This document shows positions 15,991 through 26,398 of a DNA stretch of 30,548 nucleotides, one piece after another (the first letter of the stretch is position 1; the number at the start of each line of letters is the position of its first letter). The notes beneath the pieces were generated by a model. That model was not told the origin of the DNA. It did not search any database and saw nothing but the letters and a program-made list of their open reading frames with translations. The translations under genes and the position numbers were made by a program. The DNA comes from a virus. Its lineage: Duplodnaviria > Caudoviricetes. The stretch spans positions 1 to 30,548 of the IMG/VR virus record IMGVR_UViG_3300020043_002411; one strand, given 5' to 3'.

Positions 15991-16163
15991 AATACTTTCT
16001 AATTTGTTACGGCAAGAATATGCAGAAAAGAGCATACGAAATAATGACTATGCTAAAAGATAGCGAGACACACTTCGTTATTTATAATTTTCCCGATGAC
16101 CACAACAGCATATCAATTGACATGATAAGCGAGGACGAATTTCTAACACATTACGCACTATGA
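15987..16163 (+). CDS. Hypothetical protein (58 aa)
   Basis: MKYFLICYGKNMQK...FLTHYAL*; ATGA-coupled both sides; below ORF-track cutoff. Confidence 0.6.
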   Translation: MKYFLICYGKNMQKRAYEIMTMLKDSETHFVIYNFPDDHNSISIDMISEDEFLTHYAL

Positions 16164-16330
16164 ATTTTGATTTAATGGTTGCAACGATTGAGGAGTATAT
16201 ATTCCAACGTAAAGCGACTAAAATACGAATCGATAAACAAGTAGTGTATAACGATGTGAGACAAATACAAATGTTAATATTAGCTTACAATCAAATAACC
16301 AACAAAAACACGAAAAATGGCAAAGCATAA
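16160..16330 (+). CDS. Hypothetical protein (56 aa)
   Basis: MNFDLMVATIEEYIFQRK...NGKA*; overlaps terminase small subunit start. Confidence 0.6.
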   Translation: MNFDLMVATIEEYIFQRKATKIRIDKQVVYNDVRQIQMLILAYNQITNKNTKNGKA

Positions 16331-16736
16331 ATACATAGAAACACCCGAGAAGCTATACGAACTATTTGAAGAGTATAAGAACAACTTAAAACCAAGAGAA
16401 ATACAAAAGGCAACAGCCACAGGAGTTAAGTCTGAGTTCCATAAACCCCCATTGACTTTAGAGGGTTTTGAAGTTTTCGGTTTTAGTAAAGGTGTAACAC
16501 TTGACCATTATTTCAGAAATACAAACGGGGCTTATGAGGATTATTGCGCTATCTGTTTACGTATAAAGAAAGAAATCCGTCAAGACCAAATCGAGGGCGG
16601 TATGGTTGGACAATTTAATCCAAGTATCACACAACGATTAAATGGACTTACTGAGAAAACAGATGTAACAACGAATGGCAAAGACATAAGCAAAATCGAA
16701 ATACAGATAGTAACGAATGAAAATCAAATCGACTAA
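16317..16736 (+). CDS. terS: Terminase small subunit (P22 gp3-like)
   Basis: ETPE.L...F.EY, PLTLEGF, I..DQIEGG..G.FN.SI.QRL.GL.EK; directly upstream of TerL. Confidence 0.8.
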   Translation: MAKHKYIETPEKLYELFEEYKNNLKPREIQKATATGVKSEFHKPPLTLEGFEVFGFSKGVTLDHYFRNTNGAYEDYCAICLRIKKEIRQDQIEGGMVGQFNPSITQRLNGLTEKTDVTTNGKDISKIEIQIVTNENQID

Positions 16737-17865
16737 GATATTCCAAAAGAACTGGGAAGCCTTAAACAGCGAAAATCGGTTTGTAGTTAATCAAGGGGGG
16801 AGTAGGTCAAGTAAGACGTATTCCCTTTGTCAGTTAATTATAGTATGGTGTTTGCAGAATCCCAATAAGGTAGTGTCAATCGTTAGAAAGACATTCCCTG
16901 CTTTACGTGCTACTGTTATGCGTGACTTTTTCGAGATTATGAAAGACCTCGAAATATACGATAAGTCAAGTCACAACATGAGCGAGAACATTTACAAGTT
17001 TCCTAACGGTTCGATAGTGGAGTTCTTTAGTGTTGATGACGAGCAAAAGATTAGAGGTCGTAAACGTGACTTAGGTTGGTGTAATGAAGCAAATGAATTA
17101 TGGTTTGAAGATTTCCAACAGTTGAATATGCGTACTGAATCTAAAATGATATTTGACTACAATCCGTCAGATAGTGCGAGTTGGTTATACGAACTACCAA
17201 AAGACGAAACGACTATAATCAAATCCACATACAAAGATAATCCGTTCCTTCCCGAATCAATTAAACGACAGATAGAGGACTTAAAAAGAACCGATGAGGC
17301 ATTGTATCAAATCTACGCTTTAGGTGAACGAGCAATAAGCAAACAGAACATATATAGCAATTGGACATTCATAGACGAAAAGCCTTTGCGCTTTCAATCG
17401 TTTGTGTATGGGCTTGACTTTGGTTACAACCACCCGACTGCCTTAGTGAAAGTATGGCACAATGAAAAAGACTTGTACATCGAACCGATTATATACGAGA
17501 GTTACTTAACTACTTCGTTACTGATTCAGAAAATGCAGGACTTAGGCATTGACCAAAACACGGATATACTTGCCGATTACTCACGTCCCGAAATTATAGC
17601 CGAACTTCAAGTAGCAGGATACAACGTAAACAACGCAAACAAAGAAGTTAAAAAAGGAATTGACGACGTTAAGACATTCGGAATCTATTGTAAGAACGAC
17701 CCGAACATGAAGCGCGAATACGATAACTATAAATGGAAAAAGGTAGGCGACAATATAATCGATGAACCTGTTAAGATGTTTGATGACGCGATGGACGCTA
17801 TTAGGTACGCGACACGCTTTGTTAAAGAGCAATACTACACAGATAATTCGTATTTTAGTTTCTAA
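16717..17865 (+). CDS. terL: Terminase large subunit (PBSX-like)
   Basis: Walker A GGSRSSKT, RKT...LR.TV, NEANE, DYNP, STYKDNPFL; nuclease DFGY..PTA and DDAMDAIRY. Confidence 0.9.
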   Translation: MKIKSTKIFQKNWEALNSENRFVVNQGGSRSSKTYSLCQLIIVWCLQNPNKVVSIVRKTFPALRATVMRDFFEIMKDLEIYDKSSHNMSENIYKFPNGSIVEFFSVDDEQKIRGRKRDLGWCNEANELWFEDFQQLNMRTESKMIFDYNPSDSASWLYELPKDETTIIKSTYKDNPFLPESIKRQIEDLKRTDEALYQIYALGERAISKQNIYSNWTFIDEKPLRFQSFVYGLDFGYNHPTALVKVWHNEKDLYIEPIIYESYLTTSLLIQKMQDLGIDQNTDILADYSRPEIIAELQVAGYNVNNANKEVKKGIDDVKTFGIYCKNDPNMKREYDNYKWKKVGDNIIDEPVKMFDDAMDAIRYATRFVKEQYYTDNSYFSF

Positions 17866-17898
17866 TGAACTAAACAAATTTTGAACACATTATAAGTA
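17866..17898 (+). promoter_or_regulatory. Putative late promoter 2 (abuts ATG)
   Basis: TGAACTA-N14-ACATTATAAGTA(TG). Confidence 0.7.
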
Positions 17899-18266
17899 TG
17901 GAAAACACTTTTAAAAATTGGGTGCAAGAAATTGCAAACGTGTTAGGAGAAACGACTACAAATGGCGATTGGTGGCAAACGATAGCGGGACACTTTGGTC
18001 TTGTAGCTGAGAATGGAAACTACCAACAAGCGTTATGTACTTACTTCGATGCAAACGTAGACTTAGGCGAAAGTTTCATTCAGGCTTTAGCTGAGGACTT
18101 TGGGGCTACGGGAACTGTTAACGGTTCTTGGATTGAGGCTTTAGCGTCTGAGATTAGCGCAACGATGACATTGATTAACACTTTTAAAACACGAATAGCA
18201 ACAGATAGCGGAACGGTAGAAGCTGAAAATTGCTTAGTACAAACATTAAATAATTTAGAAATATGA
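17898..18266 (+). CDS. Virion-associated protein with ~17-aa repeats
   Basis: NGDWWQTIA / NGNYQQALC / GESFIQALA / NGSWIEALA repeats; precedes fibre gene. Confidence 0.6.
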   Translation: MENTFKNWVQEIANVLGETTTNGDWWQTIAGHFGLVAENGNYQQALCTYFDANVDLGESFIQALAEDFGATGTVNGSWIEALASEISATMTLINTFKTRIATDSGTVEAENCLVQTLNNLEI

Positions 18267-19432
18267 GTTTATTAGATACAGCGTCTTTAGTTGTAACACC
18301 AAACGGAACGAAAGCGAGTAAGTTGTATTCCGTAGTTCCAAGCGATGGCTCGGGTGATTTAATCGTAACAAGAGCAACGACAGCAACACGAGTTAATTCA
18401 AGCGGATTGATTGAAAGCGTAGCAAGTAACGTACCACGTTTAGACTACACAAACGGAAGTTGTCCGAGTATATTAGTTGAGCCACAAAGAACAAATTTAC
18501 TTTCATATAGTGAGCAATTCGATAACGCGTATTGGTTAACTTCAAATGCTTCTGTAACTTCAAATACAGCTAATTCACCAAGTGGTAATGCAACAGCAGA
18601 TACAATTACTTCAAATTCTGTTAGTGGTGGTGACATATATGTCTCGTTGCTTACAAGTGGAATACATACTTTTAGTGCTTATTTTAAAGCTGGAAGTACA
18701 AGTTTATGTAGATTGGGTTCAACAGTTGGGGGAGAAGCTACATTTAATCTAAGCACTCAAACATTCTCTTTATTTAATGCAATTAGTGGTTCGATTAAAG
18801 ATGTTGGTAATGGTTGGTTTCGTTGTACAATGACCGTAAATATAACTGCAACTACTCTTATATATTTAGGCGTAGCAGATACAACTGGGAAAACAGTATT
18901 TGCTTGGGGCGCACAACTCGAAGCAGGTTCTTACGCTACTTCTTACATACCTACAACTTCAGCAAGTGTAACACGTAACGCAGATGTAATTAGTAAGACG
19001 GGTATTAGTTCGTTGATAGGACAAACTGAGGGGACTTTGTTTGTTGATTTTTATCATGATGGGGTGGCAAATTATAATCCGTGTTCTATTAGTAACGGTG
19101 TTTATGATGACGCTGTTTACTTCGAAATGTATTTAGGCAATATGTACGGGGTAATTTGGGATAGTGGAGCGCAACAATTTGTATTTAATGGAGGTTCTTT
19201 AAGTGTAGGTCGACACAAAATGGCAATAGCTTATAAAACAAATGATGTTGTATTTTACATTGACGGAGTTTTAAAAACTACTGACACAAGCGCAACAATT
19301 CCAACTTGCGCAAGATTTGACATAGGGAATGTTGGAGGCACTTCTGATTCTCAAAAAACACAAACCAACCTATCCGCTCTTTGGAAAACAAGATTAACTA
19401 ACACACAACTTGCACAACTTACTACGATATGA
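18263..19432 (+). CDS. Tail fibre/receptor-binding protein with lectin-like (LamG/ConA-type) domains
   Basis: TRATTATRVN..G, PRLDY, LVEPQRTNL, GNGWFRC, WGAQLE.GS.ATSYIPT, HK.AI.Y......YIDG motifs; Thr/Ser-rich beta composition. Confidence 0.65.
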   Translation: MSLLDTASLVVTPNGTKASKLYSVVPSDGSGDLIVTRATTATRVNSSGLIESVASNVPRLDYTNGSCPSILVEPQRTNLLSYSEQFDNAYWLTSNASVTSNTANSPSGNATADTITSNSVSGGDIYVSLLTSGIHTFSAYFKAGSTSLCRLGSTVGGEATFNLSTQTFSLFNAISGSIKDVGNGWFRCTMTVNITATTLIYLGVADTTGKTVFAWGAQLEAGSYATSYIPTTSASVTRNADVISKTGISSLIGQTEGTLFVDFYHDGVANYNPCSISNGVYDDAVYFEMYLGNMYGVIWDSGAQQFVFNGGSLSVGRHKMAIAYKTNDVVFYIDGVLKTTDTSATIPTCARFDIGNVGGTSDSQKTQTNLSALWKTRLTNTQLAQLTTI

Positions 19433-19725
19433 TTTACAAACTAATATACACCGACCACGATACAGCCATTGCTGATTTATTAGCTAAAGGCGTTTTGATT
19501 AACACAACTGATTTAAACGGTAACGAGATTAACACGTATGCACCAACGACACACGCAGTAGTTTATATTGGTAAAATAGTAGACACTCCCGCAGTAGTTG
19601 AAGATATGGAAGTAATCAAAGAAGCTACGTACTTGAAAGGTTACCACGTTGACGTTATGACTGACTTAGAAATTGAGTTCGATAACGCAATAACACCAAA
19701 CAACCCGAAACACTTATTCGCATGA
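19429..19725 (+). CDS. Hypothetical protein following fibre gene
   Basis: 98 aa, GYHVDVM...PNNPKH.F; ATGA-coupled. Confidence 0.6.
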   Translation: MIYKLIYTDHDTAIADLLAKGVLINTTDLNGNEINTYAPTTHAVVYIGKIVDTPAVVEDMEVIKEATYLKGYHVDVMTDLEIEFDNAITPNNPKHLFA

Positions 19726-21212
19726 ATACGATAGCAGTTCCATACAGTTTCAGTCCTGCATTTAACCAATTGCGTTTTATATACGATTCGACTAACAAAA
19801 ACAAAGACGGATTTAAGTATATATTCACGCTTTACAATGCAACGACAAGCGCAAAGATAGGAGAATTTAAAGTGTTGCCAGACTATCCAAATGGATACGG
19901 TAACATCGACCTGTCACGCATTTTACAATCTTACGTTACAAACGATTTCAATCCTTTGTTTCCTAACTTCGGGACTGCTTTAAACACTAACTTTAAATAC
20001 TTTCTAAAGGTAGGCGAAGAGTACGTCGAGAATTACGGTTATTCAAGCACATTGACCTCAGATAGTGGTAACGTAAAGATTACATTTACAAATCCGTTTG
20101 TTGTAGGCGACCAAGTTTACATTGACCAAGCAGATGGGGGGGTAGCTAATCCAAACTTACAAGGCTATTTTACTGTTATCGGTCAAGGCTCAGGCTATAT
20201 CATTGTTAATTCAGCTTATTCAGATGTGACGAGTACGTCAATTGATGGGACGGTAAGATACGCAAACAACCAAAAGACGGTTGACACTGACATTATCACA
20301 CTCGATGACATGGTAGTGTTTAATGGTGCGCAAAGTTTCGCAGACTTTACAACGTATTCAAGCTACAACTATTTGAGCAATCAATATAATTTAGAGTTTT
20401 ACGATAGGGTAATCGCAGACGGTGGCACATTTGAAGCGTTGCAGTGTTTGGATTCAGTTCTCACAAGTACAGTTAAGTTCTTAACAAACCAACCTTTAGA
20501 CGGTTTCTGTATCACACCAACGCAGGACTTGTATTTATCTTTAGCAAATAACTACATTACAAACGGTTCGATTTTATTTGTGAATAGCAACGGGGACGAA
20601 TTGGTGTACAACTTAACAAATGACGATGTTACAAGCATGGTTAACGTAGGTGCTTCAGCAAATCCGAGTACAGTAATTTCAGGGACGGCAGGACTAATCA
20701 AAGACGACACAGAATGGTACACATTCCAATTTGTCAACAATGACTTAGTAACTGAATACAGCGAAGTTTATAATGTTTGTATCGATAGACGTTGTAAGAT
20801 TGAAGATTACGAGATTTTGTTCTTGGATAGAATAGGGTCATTTAGTTCTTTTGCTTTTCAGTTGAGAGCGTACGACAAAGGCAACGTCACACGTGACAGT
20901 TATAACCGTGACATTCAAGGAGTAGTTACAGACGGGAAGTGGGGATATGAAACAAGCGATTTCGGAATGACCTACTTAAACACGAAAGTTGATAAGACAA
21001 TCGAACTAAATACTAACTACATGAGCGAAGCAATGGCTATCTATTTTGAGGAACTAATCACAAGTCCTCAGACGTACTTAAAAGTGAACGGTCAATACTT
21101 TGCTTGTTTAGTACAAGATAATTCATTTGAAGTGTTTAAACAAAAGAACAAGAACCTTATTAAGCAAAAGCTAACTGTTAAATTAGCAAACCAAAACGCA
21201 ATCAATGGTTAA
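19722..21212 (+). CDS. Tail structural protein
   Basis: 496 aa beta-rich; FLDRIG.FSSF.F and L.TNYMSE....FEELITSP motifs; in tail cluster. Confidence 0.6.
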   Translation: MNTIAVPYSFSPAFNQLRFIYDSTNKNKDGFKYIFTLYNATTSAKIGEFKVLPDYPNGYGNIDLSRILQSYVTNDFNPLFPNFGTALNTNFKYFLKVGEEYVENYGYSSTLTSDSGNVKITFTNPFVVGDQVYIDQADGGVANPNLQGYFTVIGQGSGYIIVNSAYSDVTSTSIDGTVRYANNQKTVDTDIITLDDMVVFNGAQSFADFTTYSSYNYLSNQYNLEFYDRVIADGGTFEALQCLDSVLTSTVKFLTNQPLDGFCITPTQDLYLSLANNYITNGSILFVNSNGDELVYNLTNDDVTSMVNVGASANPSTVISGTAGLIKDDTEWYTFQFVNNDLVTEYSEVYNVCIDRRCKIEDYEILFLDRIGSFSSFAFQLRAYDKGNVTRDSYNRDIQGVVTDGKWGYETSDFGMTYLNTKVDKTIELNTNYMSEAMAIYFEELITSPQTYLKVNGQYFACLVQDNSFEVFKQKNKNLIKQKLTVKLANQNAING

Positions 21213-23877
21213 GATACAAATAGAAAACGGATACTTAAATGTAAAGGACACGTCAAACTTTCCAATTACATTTAAGGTTTCCGACATTCGTGATGTAAGT
21301 ACTCGAAAAGGTACGTTTTCAAAAACGATTACTTTAGTAGGGGACGACAACAACAATCAATTGTTAGGTCATTTATACGACATTAACATACAAACAGGTA
21401 CGTTTAACATAAATGCGTTAACACGTTGCACGGTATTACAGGACGAAATTCCAATAGTCGAAGATGCTTACTTACAATTGATAGCGGTAAACAAATTACA
21501 ATCGACAAGCAACTTTGAGCAAGACGTAGAATATAGCGTAATCGTAAAAGATTCTCAAAGTGATTTCTTTACAAAGTTAGGAAGTGCTGAATTGACTGAC
21601 TTAGACTTCAGCGACTTTAACCACTTACTCACAGCCGATGAGGTTATCAATACCTTTTCAAATACGGATAAATACAAGTACATTTTACCGTATGCACCGT
21701 TAAACACATACCCACTAAAGGAGTTTAAACCTGCTATCTTTGCAAAAGAATACTTCGATAGAATTTTCGCACGTGCTGGGTTTAGTTATTCTTGGGCGAC
21801 AATAGCAAACGAACGATTTGAAAGGTTGTTGATTCCTTTTAATGGAGACGTTAATAAGACGGATTTTAGTCCTTATAACGTAATATTCAATAAAGCATTT
21901 ACAGTAAGTGGCACTCATTCAAGTTTCAACGCGTCTACGGGATTGTCAGAGCCTTTAACTGGGGTAACTGAAACGCAAGACAACTACAACTTATTCGACC
22001 CAACAACGGGAACATATAACAGTCCTTTCAATTTAGGGAGTGGCGAAAGTATTGAGGTATCTATTCCGATAACTTACAGTATAAATTTAACCAATTCAAG
22101 CGGGGGGATTTTAAACATAGTTACTCAAGCGGGGCAAAGTGGTCAAGCTATTTATCAAACACGCTTAAAAGTATTTAAAAACGGTGTGTTACAACAAAAT
22201 ATCGTTTTAGATACTTACACTTATTCGGGTACACTTGCAACGGGTACAACTACAATACACACAGCGTCAATCTTAACTACTGTCAATTTAAGCAACTTAG
22301 TAACTACGGACGATATTACATTCAAATTGGATTTAGGTTGTGGCGTTACGGGATTGTTTGAGCGTTCGGGTACGTCTTACAACGTGGGTATTGGTTGGAA
22401 TGTTACAGGATTCGAAGCTACACTTACGCCAAGTTCAAACATCACAGGCTACAACTCAACAGTTGACGTCAATTTGTACGTACCTAAAAAGATAAAACAA
22501 TCGGATTTCATTAAGTCGATATTCAATATGTACAATTTGTACGTTGACATCGACCCGACAAACCCGAATAACTTAATACTAATCACACGTGATAACTACT
22601 ACGATAGTGGAGCGGTTAAGGATTGGACAAAGAAACTCGCAAAAGACCGTGAGCAATCAATTACATTTTTGCCTGAGTTAACAAAAAAGAAACTAACACT
22701 TTCATATAAGCAGGATTCGGACGACATTAACAAAACTTACTTTGCTCAGATTAACGAAGTGTATGGTCAAGTATCATTTACTTTTGATAATGAATATATC
22801 AAAGACGAAGAGCGCAAAGAGTTAACATTTAGTCCGACACCAATTTTAAAAACCACTTTCGGTGCTTACGTTCCTGCTTTGAGCGGTGCAAGTCCTAACA
22901 CTAACATACGTATTTTGTACGATGGGGAGTTGACTACTTCGACTGCTAATTATATCATTGAAAATTACGTAGGTAGTACGGTAGAAGATAACCACTATTC
23001 ATACGCTACACACTTTGACAATCCGTTAACACCTACATTTGACATCAATTACGCAACGTGTGATTATTACTTTTACAATCCGTTAAGCATTACAGCGAAT
23101 AACCTTTACAATATCTATTGGAGACGTACTGTAAACCAAATCAACAAGGGTAAAATGTTAACCGCTTATTTTGATTTAAGAGCGAATGACATAGCTAACT
23201 TGAAGCTGAATGATAAAATACGTATCAATAACAGTTGGTGGTCTATAAATTCAATCAATGATTACAACGCAAACACGAACCAACTAACAAAAGTTGAACT
23301 TTTAACAATTGATGACGAAGTAGACTTACCACCATTTAAGACAAAACCTAAACAACCGTGGACGGGAACTACTCAAGTATTAGGCGATGTGATTGACAAG
23401 TTCTTTAACAACAACAATGTAGTAAGTGGTGGCGGTTCGGTAACGGGAGAAATAGGACAAACAGCAAACGATGGAGAAAGTGTCGTAAAATCAATTACAG
23501 CGAATATAATTAACGGTGTGCCACAACTTAACAAAGAGGTGTACATGGCTAAGCTAACACAAACAGGAACTAATGCGCCTGAGGTTGTAGAATTGATTAA
23601 TACTTTTGGGTTTAATATCACATCGAGTTACATTGATAAAGGACATTATGCGCTTTCAGGTTTTAGCCTTGAGGATTACGGGATTACTGATTCTTTTGAG
23701 AATGTAGTTTATGGCATTGAAAACACGCACGCAATAGTTGACAAACACTTTGTAGAGTATTACTGTGAGGGAGATAACCTATTCATTAATACTTATCAAA
23801 ACGGAGCGTCAGAGAATGGTGTTTTACCAAACGATTACACACGTAGCTTTATAATTACAGTTACGTTGTACATTTAA
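21205..23877 (+). CDS. Large tail tip/baseplate-hub-like protein
   Basis: 890 aa; ITF.VSDI.DV..R.G.FSKTI.L N-terminus, KQSDFIKSI..MYNLY, DW..KL; adjacent to tape measure. Confidence 0.65.
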   Translation: MVKIQIENGYLNVKDTSNFPITFKVSDIRDVSTRKGTFSKTITLVGDDNNNQLLGHLYDINIQTGTFNINALTRCTVLQDEIPIVEDAYLQLIAVNKLQSTSNFEQDVEYSVIVKDSQSDFFTKLGSAELTDLDFSDFNHLLTADEVINTFSNTDKYKYILPYAPLNTYPLKEFKPAIFAKEYFDRIFARAGFSYSWATIANERFERLLIPFNGDVNKTDFSPYNVIFNKAFTVSGTHSSFNASTGLSEPLTGVTETQDNYNLFDPTTGTYNSPFNLGSGESIEVSIPITYSINLTNSSGGILNIVTQAGQSGQAIYQTRLKVFKNGVLQQNIVLDTYTYSGTLATGTTTIHTASILTTVNLSNLVTTDDITFKLDLGCGVTGLFERSGTSYNVGIGWNVTGFEATLTPSSNITGYNSTVDVNLYVPKKIKQSDFIKSIFNMYNLYVDIDPTNPNNLILITRDNYYDSGAVKDWTKKLAKDREQSITFLPELTKKKLTLSYKQDSDDINKTYFAQINEVYGQVSFTFDNEYIKDEERKELTFSPTPILKTTFGAYVPALSGASPNTNIRILYDGELTTSTANYIIENYVGSTVEDNHYSYATHFDNPLTPTFDINYATCDYYFYNPLSITANNLYNIYWRRTVNQINKGKMLTAYFDLRANDIANLKLNDKIRINNSWWSINSINDYNANTNQLTKVELLTIDDEVDLPPFKTKPKQPWTGTTQVLGDVIDKFFNNNNVVSGGGSVTGEIGQTANDGESVVKSITANIINGVPQLNKEVYMAKLTQTGTNAPEVVELINTFGFNITSSYIDKGHYALSGFSLEDYGITDSFENVVYGIENTHAIVDKHFVEYYCEGDNLFINTYQNGASENGVLPNDYTRSFIITVTLYI

Positions 23878-23899
23878 TTTTTACTATACATTATAAGTA
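23867..23899 (+). promoter_or_regulatory. Putative late promoter 3 (abuts ATG)
   Basis: TGTACAT-N14-ACATTATAAGTA(TG). Confidence 0.7.
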
Positions 23900-25956
23900 T
23901 GGCACAACAAGCAATAGAAATTCCAATTAAGTTAGGCGGACTTCAGCAACTTAAAAAGGAAATACGAGAAATAAAAGGGGAGTTGGCAAACGCAACCGAC
24001 CCCGAATCAATGGCGCAACTTGCACAAAGAGCAGGGGAACTAAATGACCAATTAAAAGACGCTAACGAACAAGTAGCTATATTTTCAACAGGCTCAAAGT
24101 TTGAAAGTACAAGTAATGCCTTAGGATTAATGGGGTCACAGATTAGAGACTTGGATTTCGAGGGTGCTTCACAAACAGCAAAAACATTTTCCAAATCTTT
24201 AAAATCAATCACTCCAGATGAAATAGGAAAACAGTTAAAGGGTTTAATGTCTACGGTTGGAACGGTTGCGAAAGCGTTTGTTTCTTTTGGTGCTACGCTA
24301 TTAGTAAATCCTATCTTTATAATCGGTGCTATTATTGCGGGTATTGTTGCTATTATTGTAGCGTTACTTTCAAAACTCGGATTACTTAAACCAATACTAA
24401 ACGCAATCGGTAAAGTGTTTGGAGCGGTTGGTGACGCTATTGACGCAGTTGTACAATCAATTAAAGATTTCTTAGATTGGTTAGGACTTACAAACTTTGC
24501 AGAACAAAAGTCAGCAGAAGAAGCGCAAAAGGCACAGGAGAAAAAAGCAGATGCTTACAAGTCGGCTTCAGATAAAAGAATCGGAGCAATAGACCAAGAG
24601 ATTAGAATGGCTCAACTTGAGGGTAAAAGCACTTATAAATTAGAACTTGAAAAACAACGGTTAATAAAAGCGACTGCTTACGCTTATGCTAAGGCTTACC
24701 AAATGCGAATACAAAACATGGTAGCTTCAGGAGACTATGACCAAAAAGAACTCGCAGACTTAAAGTCAAAATTAAAAGAACAACGTACTTTGTTGACTAC
24801 TTCAAACAATGAAATTCAGTACATTAAAAAGAAACACGTTGTAGACGCTCAAAAGAAGGAAGACGAAGCACACAAGAAAAGTGTTGAAGCGGGTAACAAA
24901 GCAAGTGAAAAGAAAAAACAAGCTCAGTTAGACTATGCTAAAAATCGTGCTGAAGTTGCTCGAATGATTGAAGATGCGAACATCGCTATAATGGCAGATG
25001 GCGAAGCGAAAGAAATAGCGACTATTAAACTAAAGTACAAACGTGCAATTGAGGAAACTCAAAAGAACGAGAAATATTTAGCAAGTGAAAAAGCTATAAT
25101 CGTTAAGCAATTAGCCGACCAACAAGCGCAAGAACTTGGAAACATTGAAAAAGCTAAGCAAGAAAAGTTAGACGCTTTAACAAAAGAACAACAAGATAAA
25201 GAGATAGAGGCATACAACGAATTTTTAGAGCGTTACAACACACAACAACAAACTATTGCTAATTCTCGATTGAGTGCTGAAGAACAAGAAGTAAATGCAG
25301 TACGCGCTAAATATGCTAAGTTAATCGAAGAGGCTAAGTTGTATGAAAAAGATACAACAGCAATCGAAGAGCAAATCGGAAAAGAGACAGCCGAAATACA
25401 AAAGAAATACGCTCTTAAAAAGATAGCAGACGCACAAGCGGAACGTGACGCAAAGATTCAATTTGCAAGTGATATAAACTCGGGACTTTCTCAACTTGGA
25501 AACATATTCATAAATGACCAAAAGAAACTCGAGAAATTCCAAAAGGCTACTGCTTTAGTTCAAATCGCAATAGACACAGCAAAGGCTATTAGTTCACTCG
25601 TTGCAATGTCACAAGCGAATCCATTAAATGCGGTAACAGCAGGTGGCGCAGGGATAGCACAATATGCTTCGGGTATCGTTCAAATATTAACGAACGTAGC
25701 AAAGGCTAAAGCATTGTTAAGTAATCCAAGTGCTTCGGCTTCGGGTGGTGGTGGCGGTACTTCAGCAAGTGCCTCAAGTGCTTCGGTAGCTACACCGTCA
25801 ATTAATATGTTTGGACAAGGAAACAACGCTAATAATTTAACAGGTCAATCAATGCAATCAAATCAAACGGTAACAGTTCAAGCGGTTGTAAGTGAAACTG
25901 AAATTACAGCGACACAAAATAAAATGAAAATAATCGATTTAGGTTCTACACTATGA
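23899..25956 (+). CDS. Tape measure protein
   Basis: 685 aa Ala/Lys/Glu/Gln-rich helical protein with hydrophobic NPIFIIG..IAGIVA segment and IAIDTAKAI motif. Confidence 0.75.
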   Translation: MAQQAIEIPIKLGGLQQLKKEIREIKGELANATDPESMAQLAQRAGELNDQLKDANEQVAIFSTGSKFESTSNALGLMGSQIRDLDFEGASQTAKTFSKSLKSITPDEIGKQLKGLMSTVGTVAKAFVSFGATLLVNPIFIIGAIIAGIVAIIVALLSKLGLLKPILNAIGKVFGAVGDAIDAVVQSIKDFLDWLGLTNFAEQKSAEEAQKAQEKKADAYKSASDKRIGAIDQEIRMAQLEGKSTYKLELEKQRLIKATAYAYAKAYQMRIQNMVASGDYDQKELADLKSKLKEQRTLLTTSNNEIQYIKKKHVVDAQKKEDEAHKKSVEAGNKASEKKKQAQLDYAKNRAEVARMIEDANIAIMADGEAKEIATIKLKYKRAIEETQKNEKYLASEKAIIVKQLADQQAQELGNIEKAKQEKLDALTKEQQDKEIEAYNEFLERYNTQQQTIANSRLSAEEQEVNAVRAKYAKLIEEAKLYEKDTTAIEEQIGKETAEIQKKYALKKIADAQAERDAKIQFASDINSGLSQLGNIFINDQKKLEKFQKATALVQIAIDTAKAISSLVAMSQANPLNAVTAGGAGIAQYASGIVQILTNVAKAKALLSNPSASASGGGGGTSASASSASVATPSINMFGQGNNANNLTGQSMQSNQTVTVQAVVSETEITATQNKMKIIDLGSTL

Positions 25957-26396
25957 CAAGCTACATAAAACTATTAAATGCGATTGACGGGTTTTGTCAA
26001 CAACATTTGCAAATTAAGAAAAACGCGGGGGAGTTTCGTGAACAGATGCCAAACTTTAGCACGTTAGATGAAAAGTATCCTTTGCTTTTTTACGTTCCTA
26101 TTAGTCAAACGATGGGCGAAAATACTAATATCTTTGCTATGGATATTTATTGTGTGGATATTATACAAAAAGACCGCGCTAATATCAACACTATTTTAAG
26201 TGATACGAACTTAATTTTAAATGACTTATATTTGTACTTTAGTCAAGGGTCAGATTTAAGCATAGACGCTCAAGCACCTACGTTAATACCAGTCAATAAC
26301 TTTGATTTAGATTATGTAGCGGGTTGGCAAATGAGTATCACGTTTGAAGTTGACCAATACTGTGTAAATGATATACCGTTTGAGATAGGAGATTAA
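25953..26396 (+). CDS. Probable tail terminator/completion protein
   Basis: 147 aa; YPLLF, I.SDT..IL.DL, VAGW.M.I.F. Confidence 0.5.
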   Translation: MTSYIKLLNAIDGFCQQHLQIKKNAGEFREQMPNFSTLDEKYPLLFYVPISQTMGENTNIFAMDIYCVDIIQKDRANINTILSDTNLILNDLYLYFSQGSDLSIDAQAPTLIPVNNFDLDYVAGWQMSITFEVDQYCVNDIPFEIGD

Positions 26397-26398
26397 AC

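Noticed and set aside
18263-23877. Diversity-generating retroelement at tail genes
   Set aside because: No reverse transcriptase and no template/variable repeat pair seen
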